This document shows, piece after piece, positions 39,080-50,209 of a stretch of DNA of 64,000 bases (position 1 is its first letter; each line of letters opens with the position of its first letter). Both the position numbers and the translations under genes were made by a program. A model generated the notes under the pieces. That model saw only the letters and a program-made list of their open reading frames with translations. It did no database searches and was not told where the DNA came from. This DNA is from Macrostomum lignano (Eukaryota): positions 70,528 through 134,527 of the forward strand of contig NIVC01001603.1 of the NCBI GenBank assembly GCA_002269645.1. Direction: 5' to 3'.

Positions 39080-39545
39080 CGAACTAAGCCAATAACAGTC
39101 GAGGCATTGTAGAGGAAAATTTTCGTCCATCCCAATAACATCGATAAGCTGTCTAAAATAGGAAAAAATGCTTCATATTACTGATGACGAGATAAGTAGG
39201 TGAAAAAGGTTAATATTGATTTTTATAATAATTCCGTATTTTTTCTGGTTACCCCTCTGCGCTGACTCGAATAGCCGCCCAAAAGCGAATGCCTAACAGA
39301 GTCAGCAAAATACAGTTGCTTTGCTTTGATGCTTCATCTAAAATTGTATAGAAATTTGGACCAATTAAAATGAGCCGATATGTATAGAAAACATAGTTTG
39401 TGGAGCAGGACTTGACAAAACTAACCAATGCAAATTCGATGAATAATGCAGCCATTTGGAAGGCTGTAAACAACGCTGATCTTGCTGGCCATAGCGGTGG
39501 TAGAACCGTCGGAAAAGTTGCTACATTTTAGCCAGCTGCCCTCGC
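39080..39545 (-). CDS. WDR6: WDR6 exons 2-4 (39545-39426, 39337-39253, 39152-39080)
   Basis: G-EGSWLK...IIHRICI | DEASK...AIRVSAE-G | QLIDVIG...LDCYWLSS. GT-AG introns of 88-100 nt with consistent phases. Confidence 0.72.
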
Positions 39546-39605
39546 CTATGAATTGCATGAGGTTACATAATAATAAATAAATAAAAACTGATTATTTATA
39601 ACAAC

Positions 39606-39901
39606 TGATTACACCTGCCCCAAGTGGGCCAGATGTGCAACCGACAGCTCAGCCGCAGCTATTGCGCAGCGCATCCGAAGGCTGCGTACGGCTGTTCAGT
39701 CCAAGGACTGGGGGGGGGGGTCGCCACACACAACCACAATTACCCCAGCTAATGCTGGCACCCATTGTACAGCTGGGTGAACTGAAGCAATGCAGACCTA
39801 AGTCTCTCGCTCAAGGACACAAACTGTTCCGAGTGGGTCGAGAATCGAATCCCCGACTTCCAGTCGTGAGTCAGACGCTCTGACCACTAGGCTGCAACCC
39901 C
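39606..39901 (-). mobile_element. Family B CORE-like SINE, near full length
   Basis: tRNA head (A/B boxes), CORE-like middle, 3' tail CATCTGGCCCACTTGGGGCAGGTGT. Confidence 0.8.
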
Positions 39902-40619
39902 TGCATAAACAACAAATTTCATACTGCACTTTTTCATTGAAAGAAATTCATTTAAATACATAATTTAGCTTTAAATTGACAATATAATATCTTATCTGTT
40001 TAACTATTTTACCCCTTTATATATACTTGTCTAACTATGTACATCAGTCTATCTATCCATTCACACATCATCCACGGGCACATATTTGCATTAGAAAAAT
40101 GCATATAACTCTTTACTTGCAAACACAATCTTACTGAAACTCAATCTAACTAACAACGACATGCAAGCAAACAACAAAGAGACTAAATGACAGCAGCTCA
40201 TTTCGTTAATGCTATAGGATCATTTTCTCTCGAGGGGCACAAAAACATCAAGAGGCAAGACAGAGCTGAGCTGCTTTGTGCTTTAGAAATTCCATACGGC
40301 ACCCAATGGAAAATAATATACATGTACGATTCTGCTTGAAAGCAAGTTAGCAGCATCAGAAAAATTGTCTTGTTCATATTTTACAGGGAAATAAGCTGTT
40401 CGATGCCTCATAATAGTGCCATCTATGCCGAACAGCTAGTAAAGTTGCGGCCTTTACTTTTTACCTTTTTATCGATAAGGAGCATTGGATGTGGAAATCA
40501 ACATAACAAACCAGAAAAAACAAACTTATCGACGTTCTCGAAAAACGAAAATCGAAAAACGAACGGTACTTTTTACTTTTTAATATTTTTCAGTAGTAAT
40601 GTAGTTTTTCGATACTACA

Positions 40620-40735
40620 GGGGTTGCAGCCTAGTGGTCAGAGCATCTGACTCAAGACTTGAAGGTCGGGGGGTTCGATTCCCGATCGCATGTTGGTTGC
40701 ATATCTGGCCCAATTGGGGCAGGTGTGATCAATTA
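40620..40735 (+). mobile_element. Family B SINE with the head fused directly to the 3' tail (CORE deleted)
   Basis: GGGGTTGCAGCCTAGTGGTCAGAGC...GGTTCGATTCCCGA followed by GGTTGCATATCTGGCCCAATTGGGGCAGGTGT. Confidence 0.75.
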
Positions 40736-41487
40736 TTAGGAGTATTATTGGTATTCGGTAGTAAATATCTCATTTTATCAACACCAAAAGCCTAGAATTT
40801 TACTCTTTCATTTTTAGAACTCGTAATTAACTAGTGTGTAGTTAACTGTGCTTGCATTGATCCGATAAGTTTTTATAAGACCAAGTGGTTTAATCAACAT
40901 TACATAAGATACGTTGCATAAAAAACCTAGAACTCTCTGTATACAGGTACATGCTATAGATAATCTAAATGCATCTCTGTTCTATTGATCCATCCTCCAT
41001 TAGTCGTTAGCTGACAATAACCAGAGGAAGATTATCTGATTTTTACTAGTGCAAGCTAGAGAAATTGATAGAAACTCTCATGCCCCGCCAGGTGAAGGAA
41101 GAGAAAGTTACTCTAGTTTTATACAGCAGTAGTTCTCTTTCTCTCTCTCACTCTCTCTCTCGTCGTAGCCTATAACGGTTGCTCGAAAGGCCACTAAGCC
41201 GGCAGGAAGCAAATGTTCGGGGTACTGTACACCATTCGAGTGCACACGAGATGTAGGTTCAATCCCCCGAGCAACCCCACCCCGAATGTGACGAACAGGT
41301 AACGGGGAGAGCACGAAAAGGAAGGAGGGTGAAAAGACAGACTTTCTCCTCTATATTTCGTCAGTTCCAAGACAGTCGGACTTAGCGTGACGAGCTTCTA
41401 ATTCTAATGGATTAAGGTTAAATAGCTATAAGGCCTCTTAATTCTCATTCCAGTTGCTTCATTTATCTTCATTCTGTAAGCTCGAAA

Positions 41488-41814
41488 ATGTCGCTATTCA
41501 AGCATCAGCCGATGCCAATCAAATGTTGCATTTTACTTCTAGCAGTTGGATTTGTAATTTGGCTGTCGGCGAGGCGACACGACCCAATCGACAACGAAGG
41601 AAACGCTGACAAAGCCAACGCATACGATGCTTTTCTCATCATAGGGATTCTCGCTTACTACGCGGCCACCCTGACAGTCTATTGGATTGCTGTTAACGAA
41701 CCGCCAGATTGCTCCGCATTGTTCTTGCTACTAGGAGCGGTGGCTGCTTCTGCTGCTGGTGAGGTTCTTATACTGGTATATATACATCGGTGTCGATTTT
41801 ACACGGACGTTTAA
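41488..41814 (+). CDS. Putative 108-aa membrane protein (3 hydrophobic segments) nested antisense in WDR6 intron 1
   Basis: Non-repetitive ORF, aaaATG context. Upstream donor CAG|GTAACG (41298/41299) and acceptor ttctgtaag| (41480) suggest a spliced 5' UTR. No family recognised. Confidence 0.45.
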   Translation: MSLFKHQPMPIKCCILLLAVGFVIWLSARRHDPIDNEGNADKANAYDAFLIIGILAYYAATLTVYWIAVNEPPDCSALFLLLGAVAASAAGEVLILVYIHRCRFYTDV

Positions 41815-42826
41815 GACTCGCTTTTACCACAACGCTGAACATGTGACTACGCTCGTAGTTTTCTTTTAAGGGTATGTTCACAGTAACTTGAAAAGTAAAC
41901 CAAGAAAATTAGTAGATTAAGTAGTCCAATAATATTCTTGATTTTATTGCACTGAAGTACAAGAATTTACAAGATTCATTAAAGCGGCGACGACAAGGTT
42001 TGGGCCAATTCCAGTACAGACAACAGACGGCATAAATTATTGTTGAACTGTTTCGTAGCTTGGCATATTGGCAGGCGGTCAAGTCAAGAATATTTAAGAA
42101 CGTTATTTTCATAAGAAACCTCAACTCCTCGATTCCATAACGCGTCAACACAGCGATCTCGGGCAGCATAGCCCTGTCAATAGTGGGCACCATAAATCAT
42201 TCCGACCGGCTGGCCTGGTCTTCAACAGCCGCGGCAATGGGGGCCCTACTATTCAGCTACGAGTTGGCTACGAAACGACGCAGACAGACTCAACCAGGTG
42301 GTGTCGACGTTGGAGGCGACGGCAGTGACGGAGCACACTGCACGATTCAAACCATTGCCCATAGTAGCAATAATAATTTTAACAACCATCTAGATCGGCA
42401 CGATGTAAGAGACGGTCAAAGGTCAGGCGGAAAATAGATTTGCAAGTGATTGAAGAGGTTATAAGTTCTAAGCCTTTCCAAGTTAATAAGTTAAACCAAA
42501 ATCGTGCCATTGAAGAGCAGGAAAAGTGTTTTGAATAAAAGGTTTCCAGAGTAAAAGTGTTTGTATAAACTGGTAGCTCGTACCTCGTACTAGCGGTTGC
42601 CGTTGCTTAAGCAAGCTAAGATTGTAAAATGTTTTTGTTCAAATTTTCGTTTTACTATTTTTCCTTAAAATTATAACAAAACCCGACTCGCTTATCCGTC
42701 CAAAGATCTGTTAAAATTTTAGAGCACTTATATAATCACGTGCACAACTGATATAAATTATTCAAACTGCACTACTGCAAGTTTACACAAAAGTAGTAGA
42801 TAAAGATATTTTTCAGCTATACTCAC

Positions 42827-42905
42827 CAAATAATAGACATCGTTCGTTTAAAAATTCCACAGCCGTAATTGGCAGATGAGTGGCCACTGTTTTCAAGTCG
42901 CACAT
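42827..42905 (-). CDS. WDR6: WDR6 exon 1
   Basis: MCDLKTVATHLPITAVEFLNERCLLF-G (cf. LPVTGLECVGDRLLAG). Donor G|GTGAGT. Confidence 0.82.
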
Positions 42906-43639
42906 TGCTTTCAAATTTTTAATTCAATGCTTCACATTGATGCGTTATTTGTTTAATTAATAAATAAAAGCACTGAAACGAAAATTATTAGGAATTGTTT
43001 GTTAGAAACTTGCCAAAGCTTAACTTTTACTCGTAACTACGAGTCTCGTAGATTTACAGATGGTACTTTATATCATATAGCTTTGAATTGAATTGAATTA
43101 GGATTCACTGCGATATTTTGCGGCTTATATGGGTTCAGAAGAATTCAACGCTAAATTTAAACTAAGCTTGTTGAATTTTTAGAACAGTGGGTTTATGAAT
43201 GCACTGCTTCAGCCTCTGCTAGGCAGTGCTAAATTAGTAATAATTGAGCCCCAAATACGCGTACATATAGAAATAGACAGAGGGTCGAAAAAGTGAGTGG
43301 GAGGAGTACACTGCAGTGACAACTAACCATAGTTTAATCATAGAATAAACTTATCTATCTATAGACTACAAAGAAAGGAACAGTTTCTGTTAGTGTTGCT
43401 TTAGAAACAATTTCACAGTGACATGGAAACCGCCTTCATTGATTATTTGGGTTGACTATAATATATCTGTAAGCGGACACTATATAGAGATGGACTGTCA
43501 TAAAAATTTACTACATCATACGGACACATTTAATATGGAGAACAATATTTTCTATTCTCTAGTTGGCTTTCACGACCGAAATGTAAGAAGTGAATCTGTA
43601 GACTTATCTAAGGAGCCTATCTGCATATTTGGCTATCTA

Positions 43640-43890
43640 TCTATCTAATATATCCATCTATCTATCTATTTATCTATATATCTATCTATCCATCTGTCTG
43701 TCTATTTATCAATCAATCGATCTGTCTGAGATCTGAGACAGATAAATAGAGATAGATAGACATCTATCTATCTATCTATCTACCTATCTATCTATCCATC
43801 TACCTATCTATCTATCTATTTATCTATCTATCTACCTATCTATCTATCTATCTACCTACCTACTTATCTATCGATTGATTTATCTACCTA
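43640..43890. repeat. (ATCT)n microsatellite with a short internal inversion
   Basis: Direct reading; strand flips to GATA around 43740-43760. Confidence 0.85.
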
Positions 43891-44010
43891 TCTTTTTCTG
43901 TTTCTAGTATTTAGCCAGCATAACAGATCGTCATTAAATTTATTATACATCTGTTTGCAAAACATCTAAAAAAACGGAGTACGATTGTGTAGACTTCACT
44001 TTGCTATCAT

Positions 44011-44125
44011 TTGCTCAAGGGAGTCAGTGGAATGAGCAGTAATGCCTTACGTCGCCGGTTACGTGACAATACCGCTCGCTTAAAGTGCGCCATGGTGCAC
44101 AAAGCCCTCTGCCTCACAAAAATAA
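44011..44125 (+). mobile_element. Headless 3' fragment of SINE family A or of its partner LINE
   Basis: TTGCTCAAGGGAGTCAGTGGAATGAGCAGTAATGCC...CGCTTAAAGTGCGCCATGGTGCAC...CTGCCTC-A-rich matches 4823-4930. Confidence 0.7.
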
Positions 44126-44164
44126 ATAGCCATTTTGTTACGCCTGAACTACATTAGAAACAAT

Positions 44165-45005
44165 AGGCCGTATGAATAAAATGAGCAATTGCTCAGACTC
44201 GCACAAAATCTCAACTCAGTATGAAAAAACGGAGCAGTGACTTCCGAGCAACAGCTCATGAGTTTTGACTTGAAAGTTGTTGCTCCGAGTGTCAGCGAAA
44301 AAATCCGGGGCTGAGCAAACTCTCCGGTCTGTATGAATAAACTTGGGCCATAGACAATCTTTTCTGAGCTGCAACTCACAAAATGTTGAGGCAGCCCTCT
44401 GCCTGCCTCAGCCATCTATACTCTAGTGGTTGCTGTAACTAGCGCTTTCTAGTTGCTGATGTTCTTTGACTGAGTTCTTTGGCAGTATGGCTGAGTTCTT
44501 TGCTGCACGTGCTCCCGCTCGACGGAAGTTTTATCCGGAGCGCCGATCTTCCGACTTGAATAGAGACACGGAGTATGGTCGACTCTACCGATTTTCTCGC
44601 ACCAACGTGCAGTATCTGGCCACGCGCTTTCTGAACGGCAGCACAGAGACAAGAGGCGGTGCGCTGATGCCGGCTTGATTCGTGATTTGATGCACAGACT
44701 TAACCGATTATAAAGAAGCCACAAGGGGAAAACAGAAAGAAGGATTCTACATAAAACACAAAGCATATACTCGTAGCATACTCTTAAAAACAACATTTTG
44801 TCTATGGTTCAAAGTATCGCAATATTGGAGTTACAGCTCTGAGACCAAAAGTCTGAACTCTGACTAGGAGTCTCAACTTTATTCATACTGACCTTGAGCA
44901 GATGCTCCGACTCGGAGCAAAATCTCAGACCTGAGCAGTAACTAGCTCAGTCTCAGCGTTTAAGCTTGAACTCGCAAGTTATTGCTCATTTTATTCATAC
45001 GACCT
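44165..45005 (+). mobile_element. Internally deleted PIF/Harbinger DNA transposon
   Basis: 25-bp TIRs AGG(C/T)CGTATGAATAAAATGAGCAAT, 3-bp TSD AAT. ORF 44466-44678 (YRFSRTNVQYLATRFL...ETRGGAL) resembles a Harbinger transposase N-terminus. Confidence 0.8.
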
Positions 45006-45909
45006 AATAATTAATTTTAGCATTTAAAAAAATGCTATAGTATAGCCTGTACTATACAAAATGATCGAGTCATAAGTCATAAAACCCAGCAAACATAGTA
45101 CTGCATTATTATTGTCCTCTTCTTCTTGTTATTGTGAAGACCATGCCAGCTGGAAAAAACAGTTTATGAGCAGCGTACTCTCACGGGAACATTTTTTAGC
45201 TGAACAGCCATCACACAGAAAAACATGCATACACCATGCAAGCTTTTGTATTACACAGTTAGCTGGATTTTAGAGACACTGATGATGACAGCAAAACATT
45301 ATCTATTTTATTTAAGTCTGCCGTTGTGATTGTTATAAAAATAATGAAAAAATCAATTTCATTGAGACAAAAAATTCTCATCACTCAATTTGGCCAGATT
45401 ATAGACCACTTATAATTGGATCAGTTAAAAACTAGGCCGTTTATTTTTCATCAACAAGAGTTCAAGTTAAACTCCATTCAACAGTAACCACAGTAGTTTT
45501 AGGCACCTACCTAAACATTCAAAATTCAATAAATGCAGAAAAATGCATAGACGAACACATAAGTAAACTTTTGTATTTTCATTCAACTTAAAATTGTTTT
45601 TTTGTATTCTATTGTTTTTTTCACGAAAACTAGCCAAAATAAATTGACGTGGAAATTTAAATATTAATCCATTCGCTTTAATCCATAAGAACTTTAACAA
45701 ACATCGTCAACTATTGCAAATACAATAACCCTAAGATGAAGTGATTATGATGTACCAAAACGAAACGTAAAAAGATGTTTCTTTAGCCTTCTAGCTCCAA
45801 ACACACTGAATTAGAGCAGTAGACTCGGTAAATTTGGTCTGGTCAAATAATACCCCATTTTCGGAACACACGTTACAATGTCCGTTTTCCTAGGCACTAA
45901 CACGCATCA

Positions 45910-48153
45910 TCAAACTGCTCCATCATCGTCATTCCGACCGCCGTCCAGTACTAATCGGCTGCGCTTCTTTGCTGCTCGTTCCGCTTCAACGCTGGCTACA
46001 GCGCGTCGACGAAGAGTCTCAACGTCCGCCCGCTGCTTTCCAGTCCCATCGCCGTCGCCTTCATCTCCGCCGCTAAACTCAAGCAGCAGCCGACGGCCGT
46101 ACAGATGAGCCGAGCCGGACAGCTGCTCAACCGCGCGTCGAGCACTTTCGGCGCTGACAAATTGTGCAAAAGCGAAGCCGCGATGCCCGCCCTCTGGTTT
46201 TCGTGGCAATCGAACCGAACCGACAATCTCGCCGAACGGCGCCAATAGAGCGCGAAGCTCTTTAGAATTAGCCTGGAAAGCGACATTTCGAATGAGAACT
46301 TTGTTGGCAGTCGGCTGATCAGCTTCATCTTGAGTTTGTTTATCAGTTGTCGCTTCCGCTTTCTCTTGCTGCTTCTTATTTTCCTGATCGAGACAGCCAA
46401 CAGGCGCCCACTCCAGGTACAATGGCCGATCAACAAATCGAGTAAATGCCGTTCGTCGATAAGCTGTCCTGGCCTCTTGCGGAGTTGCGTAGGCAACTAA
46501 CCCCGTGACGCCGTGCGTAGGCGGCAGTACGAGCTTTTCAAAGCCGGGAAACGCGGCGTAGATCTTCTCCAGCTGATCTCGAGTCCCAGCACTGACTGGT
46601 AGATTCTTTACTAAGAAGACTCGATCGGATCGTTCGTCACTGCCAGGCCTGCGCTGACCAAAGCTATCAAGATTGACGCCGTTCTCTTCTAGAAAGCGAC
46701 GCGTTTGAGCTACTAAATCGGCCTCGCCGTGGGCTAAGCGAACGGCTACGCTGGCGCCATCGCTGCCGGCACGCTGGCCTTCGAATAGGAGATTCGCCTT
46801 GGCCTCGCCGAGCTGCTGCGACACCAAATTAGCCACTGTATCGGCGCCGAGAAACAACGCGTTCCAGCTAGCCAAATGTGTCCCGCTAGAGGCTCGAAGC
46901 TCGGCCGCTTTCTTGCGCTGAAATGCGGTCATTGGCCGCTCGCCAGCCTGACGCGATTTTTTAGCTTCAGCCAGTTCAGCGTCCTCGTCTTCCGGCTTGC
47001 CATCGGCTGGCAGCAGATGCAAGTTTCTACCCATAAAGTCGGTACCGTCTAGCGCTGTGTAAGCTTTCAAAGCGTGCTCAGGAAATAGATAGCTGACAAA
47101 GGCGAAACCTTTGTTACGCTTTAGTAGCGATTGATAAGACAAGTGTAACTCTGACACCTCGCCAAACGGTTCAAATAGAGTGCGCAGTTCTGCTTCAGCG
47201 ATGTCGTAGGGCAAATTTCTAGCAAATAAGCGACCAGTGTCTAAGATTTTCTCTTCGATTTCACTTTGAGACGCTGGTTTTATATCACCAGCTGCTCTGG
47301 TGGATTTCGGCTTAGATGATGATGATGGTGTAACAGGCTGAGTTTCAACAGATTCAGCAGCGACACGCCTCACTAGCACCTTTTTCTTTCCCATATTTCT
47401 TTTATTATACACGCTAACGGCAGTCTGTGCGTCTGACTCGGTAGACAGCCGAGCGTAGGCGCAACCTGTGCGAGCAATTTTCACTTTCTGCACTGGCAGC
47501 GGTGCAAAGAATTCGCGGATAGTTCGAGCCTGAATGCCAGGCGGACAGCCTTTCAGCTTGACAACAAACTGGCCAGACAGAACGCCAGTAGAAGATTTCG
47601 ACGGCTCCTCGTCAGCAAGTTCGTCGTCATCCACGGCACTGACAGGCGTTGCTGTCTTCGATTTTACCTTTACCTTCAAATCTTTCTTAGCAACCGACTG
47701 TTCAGTGGAATTCTGGCACCGAGAAGGCAGCGGCCTGCACGGCATAATCTGCACCCGACTTGCGCCAACGAACGCACCGTTTAGTTGCTTCAGCGCCGCT
47801 GACGCAGACTCCGCTGAACGAAACCCGACGAAAGCAAAGCGACGAAACTTGCCATCTGGTGCAAACTTGAGCTGCACGTCTGTCAGCTGACCAGGAATCG
47901 GTTGAAACAGTCTGCGCAAGTCTGCTTCAGTAGTTTTGCTTGGCAAGTTATTGACAAACAATCTGGTTGACTGGACTTCTATTGACTCAGCTTCTACGCT
48001 GTGACCTTCATTGTCCTGTTTGCCTGTAATCTGATTTTGGCTCGTAGCCTCCTTACTTTGCAATTTCTGCTGCTGTTTCCGTTGCTGTGGCTGGTCTTTC
48101 AGCAGTTTTTGTTGCGCTTTCTGCTTTTTTGAAGTTGGCTTCATTTCATGCAC
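45910..48153 (-). CDS. RBM19: RNA-binding protein 19 / Mrd1 (40S biogenesis), 747 aa, single coding exon
   Basis: RRMs RLFVNNLP..KFRRFAFVGF, VVKLKGCP, GRLFARNLPY..KGFAFV, VFLVKNLP..LYLEWAP and KVLIRNVAF..HRGFAFAQF. Conserved linker SWNALFLGADTVA...SVAVRLAHGE. Confidence 0.93.
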   Translation of the reverse strand: MHEMKPTSKKQKAQQKLLKDQPQQRKQQQKLQSKEATSQNQITGKQDNEGHSVEAESIEVQSTRLFVNNLPSKTTEADLRRLFQPIPGQLTDVQLKFAPDGKFRRFAFVGFRSAESASAALKQLNGAFVGASRVQIMPCRPLPSRCQNSTEQSVAKKDLKVKVKSKTATPVSAVDDDELADEEPSKSSTGVLSGQFVVKLKGCPPGIQARTIREFFAPLPVQKVKIARTGCAYARLSTESDAQTAVSVYNKRNMGKKKVLVRRVAAESVETQPVTPSSSSKPKSTRAAGDIKPASQSEIEEKILDTGRLFARNLPYDIAEAELRTLFEPFGEVSELHLSYQSLLKRNKGFAFVSYLFPEHALKAYTALDGTDFMGRNLHLLPADGKPEDEDAELAEAKKSRQAGERPMTAFQRKKAAELRASSGTHLASWNALFLGADTVANLVSQQLGEAKANLLFEGQRAGSDGASVAVRLAHGEADLVAQTRRFLEENGVNLDSFGQRRPGSDERSDRVFLVKNLPVSAGTRDQLEKIYAAFPGFEKLVLPPTHGVTGLVAYATPQEARTAYRRTAFTRFVDRPLYLEWAPVGCLDQENKKQQEKAEATTDKQTQDEADQPTANKVLIRNVAFQANSKELRALLAPFGEIVGSVRLPRKPEGGHRGFAFAQFVSAESARRAVEQLSGSAHLYGRRLLLEFSGGDEGDGDGTGKQRADVETLRRRAVASVEAERAAKKRSRLVLDGGRNDDDGAV

Positions 48154-49444
48154 GAAACGGTTGAGAAAGGGTCAATTTAAACATCGTTTATCTTACCTAG
48201 GATAAAAAAATACCAGGTCACTAAGGCTCTGTAGCTAGGTAATGAATGTATGAATGAATTAATGAATGTGCAGTTCAATAAAAAGACATCTAATAAGGAA
48301 TATCAATAAATTGATGGTGCAAGCTAAATCTTAAAAGTATTTGTGAAGATTCCTGTTTAACACTAAGGGTATCTCAGTATCTGTTAGGTTCCCGTTTAAC
48401 CTATCACCAATATAAAACTTTACAACTTTTAAAGCAATTTATTAATAAAAGAAGAAAGCTAAAAATACCCGAATTACTTTATCTACGAGGCAGTAAGCGA
48501 CAACTAATTGATGCTTTTCCTACTCTGTAATATGTATATTTTAATAAATTGTTTAGTAAACGTCAATAATATTGCCACGAATTTCCCCTTTTCAACTTAT
48601 AATTGCGGTTAAAAATTAAAATATAGAAGGGCAATAATAACTGCTGAGACACACAGAGAAAATATATGATTATAAAATAAGCCGAGGCGCAGACAGCAGA
48701 GTTTAAAATGAAAAATACAATTTTAATAAATAATTAGAATAATAGAAACAATGGGAAAAATAAAAAAGGTTAGTCTAACAGTCCCACTGAGTAAAATACA
48801 GTTTGTTTAAAAGATGTATGCAACATATTATATTTAATAAAACATAGAAATTATTATAGCAACTGATGGGACAATAAATTTACCATTGCACACAAAAAAG
48901 CTTGGAAAAATGAAATAATACAATTTATGTGTCTATAATAATATTTTGGCAAAAAAGCAAAGCTTCGACTTTACAAATTTTACAATTATCTACCATACTA
49001 CGCGGACACGAGTTTATTTTCAAGATACAAACACGCAAACAGCAGCATCAAAAGCCTAATGAAAATACTAGCAATTATTCACAATAATAACTCAAATTTA
49101 TATTAGCGCTAATTGTGGAAGAAAACTGCAGCATAAGTGGTGGTGCTTTAAATCAGCGAAATAAATTAGCATTCGCGTCCTTGAGTATCGATGGTGGGAA
49201 AAATGGCATAAATTCTATTTGACTACAGTACTTTCAGTTGAATTTGTAGTGCTTCATGGCATAATTACTCGTAAGAAATGGAAAGTTAAAAATAACTTCC
49301 CGATAGACTGTTGTTCCTTTACTTATAGTTTTTCCAGTTGTTTTCTTTCACAGAAGGAATTCATTCTAATCACAAGAAGTTCTCAGACCTTGTTTTGTGC
49401 TCTCAGTCTTCATTATTCAGTGAGGTTTAGCCATAGACAGTCAT

Positions 49445-49749
49445 TTAACTGGTGCTTAAATTGGGCCAGATGTGCAACCGACAGCTCAGCCGCAGCTATT
49501 GTGTGGCGCATCTAAAGGCTGCGTACGGCTGTTCAGTCCAAGGACTATATGGAGGAGGGTCGCCACACACCTTCAATTACCCCAGCTAATGCTAGCACCC
49601 ATTTTACAGCTGAGTGAACTGAAGCAATGCACAGTTAAGTGTCTTGCTTAAAAGGACACTATTTTTTCCAATGGCATCGGGAATCGAACCCCTCCCCCCC
49701 ACGAACTTCAAGTCGTGAGGCTGATGCTCTAACCACTAGGCTACAACCC
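49445..49749 (-). mobile_element. Family B CORE-like SINE, near full length
   Basis: tRNA head plus AAGCAAGACACTTAAC...CTTCAGTTCACTCAGCTGTAAAATGGG, plus the shared tail. Confidence 0.8.
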
Positions 49750-50209
49750 AAACATATGCTTAAGTCCATCCGTACAAAGTCGCTTTCTATAATTATGTTG
49801 GCTTTCAGTATTTCAGGCAACTGCATGGACATCTATGAGAGACTATGATCGTACATGTAGAAATTAGCTTTTCTTATGACCCAATCTATCTTTATTTGAT
49901 AGGCTTTAAACTTTGAGTGTCTGTTTCTAACGCATCTAGCATGACAAAAGCTACGCTTTTTATAACCTATTTTACACATTTGGGGAACCAAAATCTTAAG
50001 CAATACGAGAACTTCAAGTCTGCTAGTTAATCACCAATCAGCTTTGAGACTTATAGATAAGCTGGTGACACCAGACCATTAAAATTTAAAGACATTACGC
50101 TCGTAAAGCGAAAAACTTGACATCTAATTTTATAGTTTTTGTTACACCGCACGCAGAAAAATACTGTTCATCGAATTGATTTGTAGCAATTCTACGAAAT
50201 CACAATCGT

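Noticed and set aside
41160-41300. HDV-like ribozyme or tRNA call for the pseudoknot candidate
   Set aside because: Only 2 nt separate the two 3' strands, leaving no room for P1.1/P4/J4-2, and the T-arm-like GGTTCAATCC lacks a proper stem.
45878-47890. Overlapping ORFs 45878-46108, 45996-46496 and 47534-47890
   Set aside because: Shadow frames of the GC-rich RBM19 CDS with no recognisable product.
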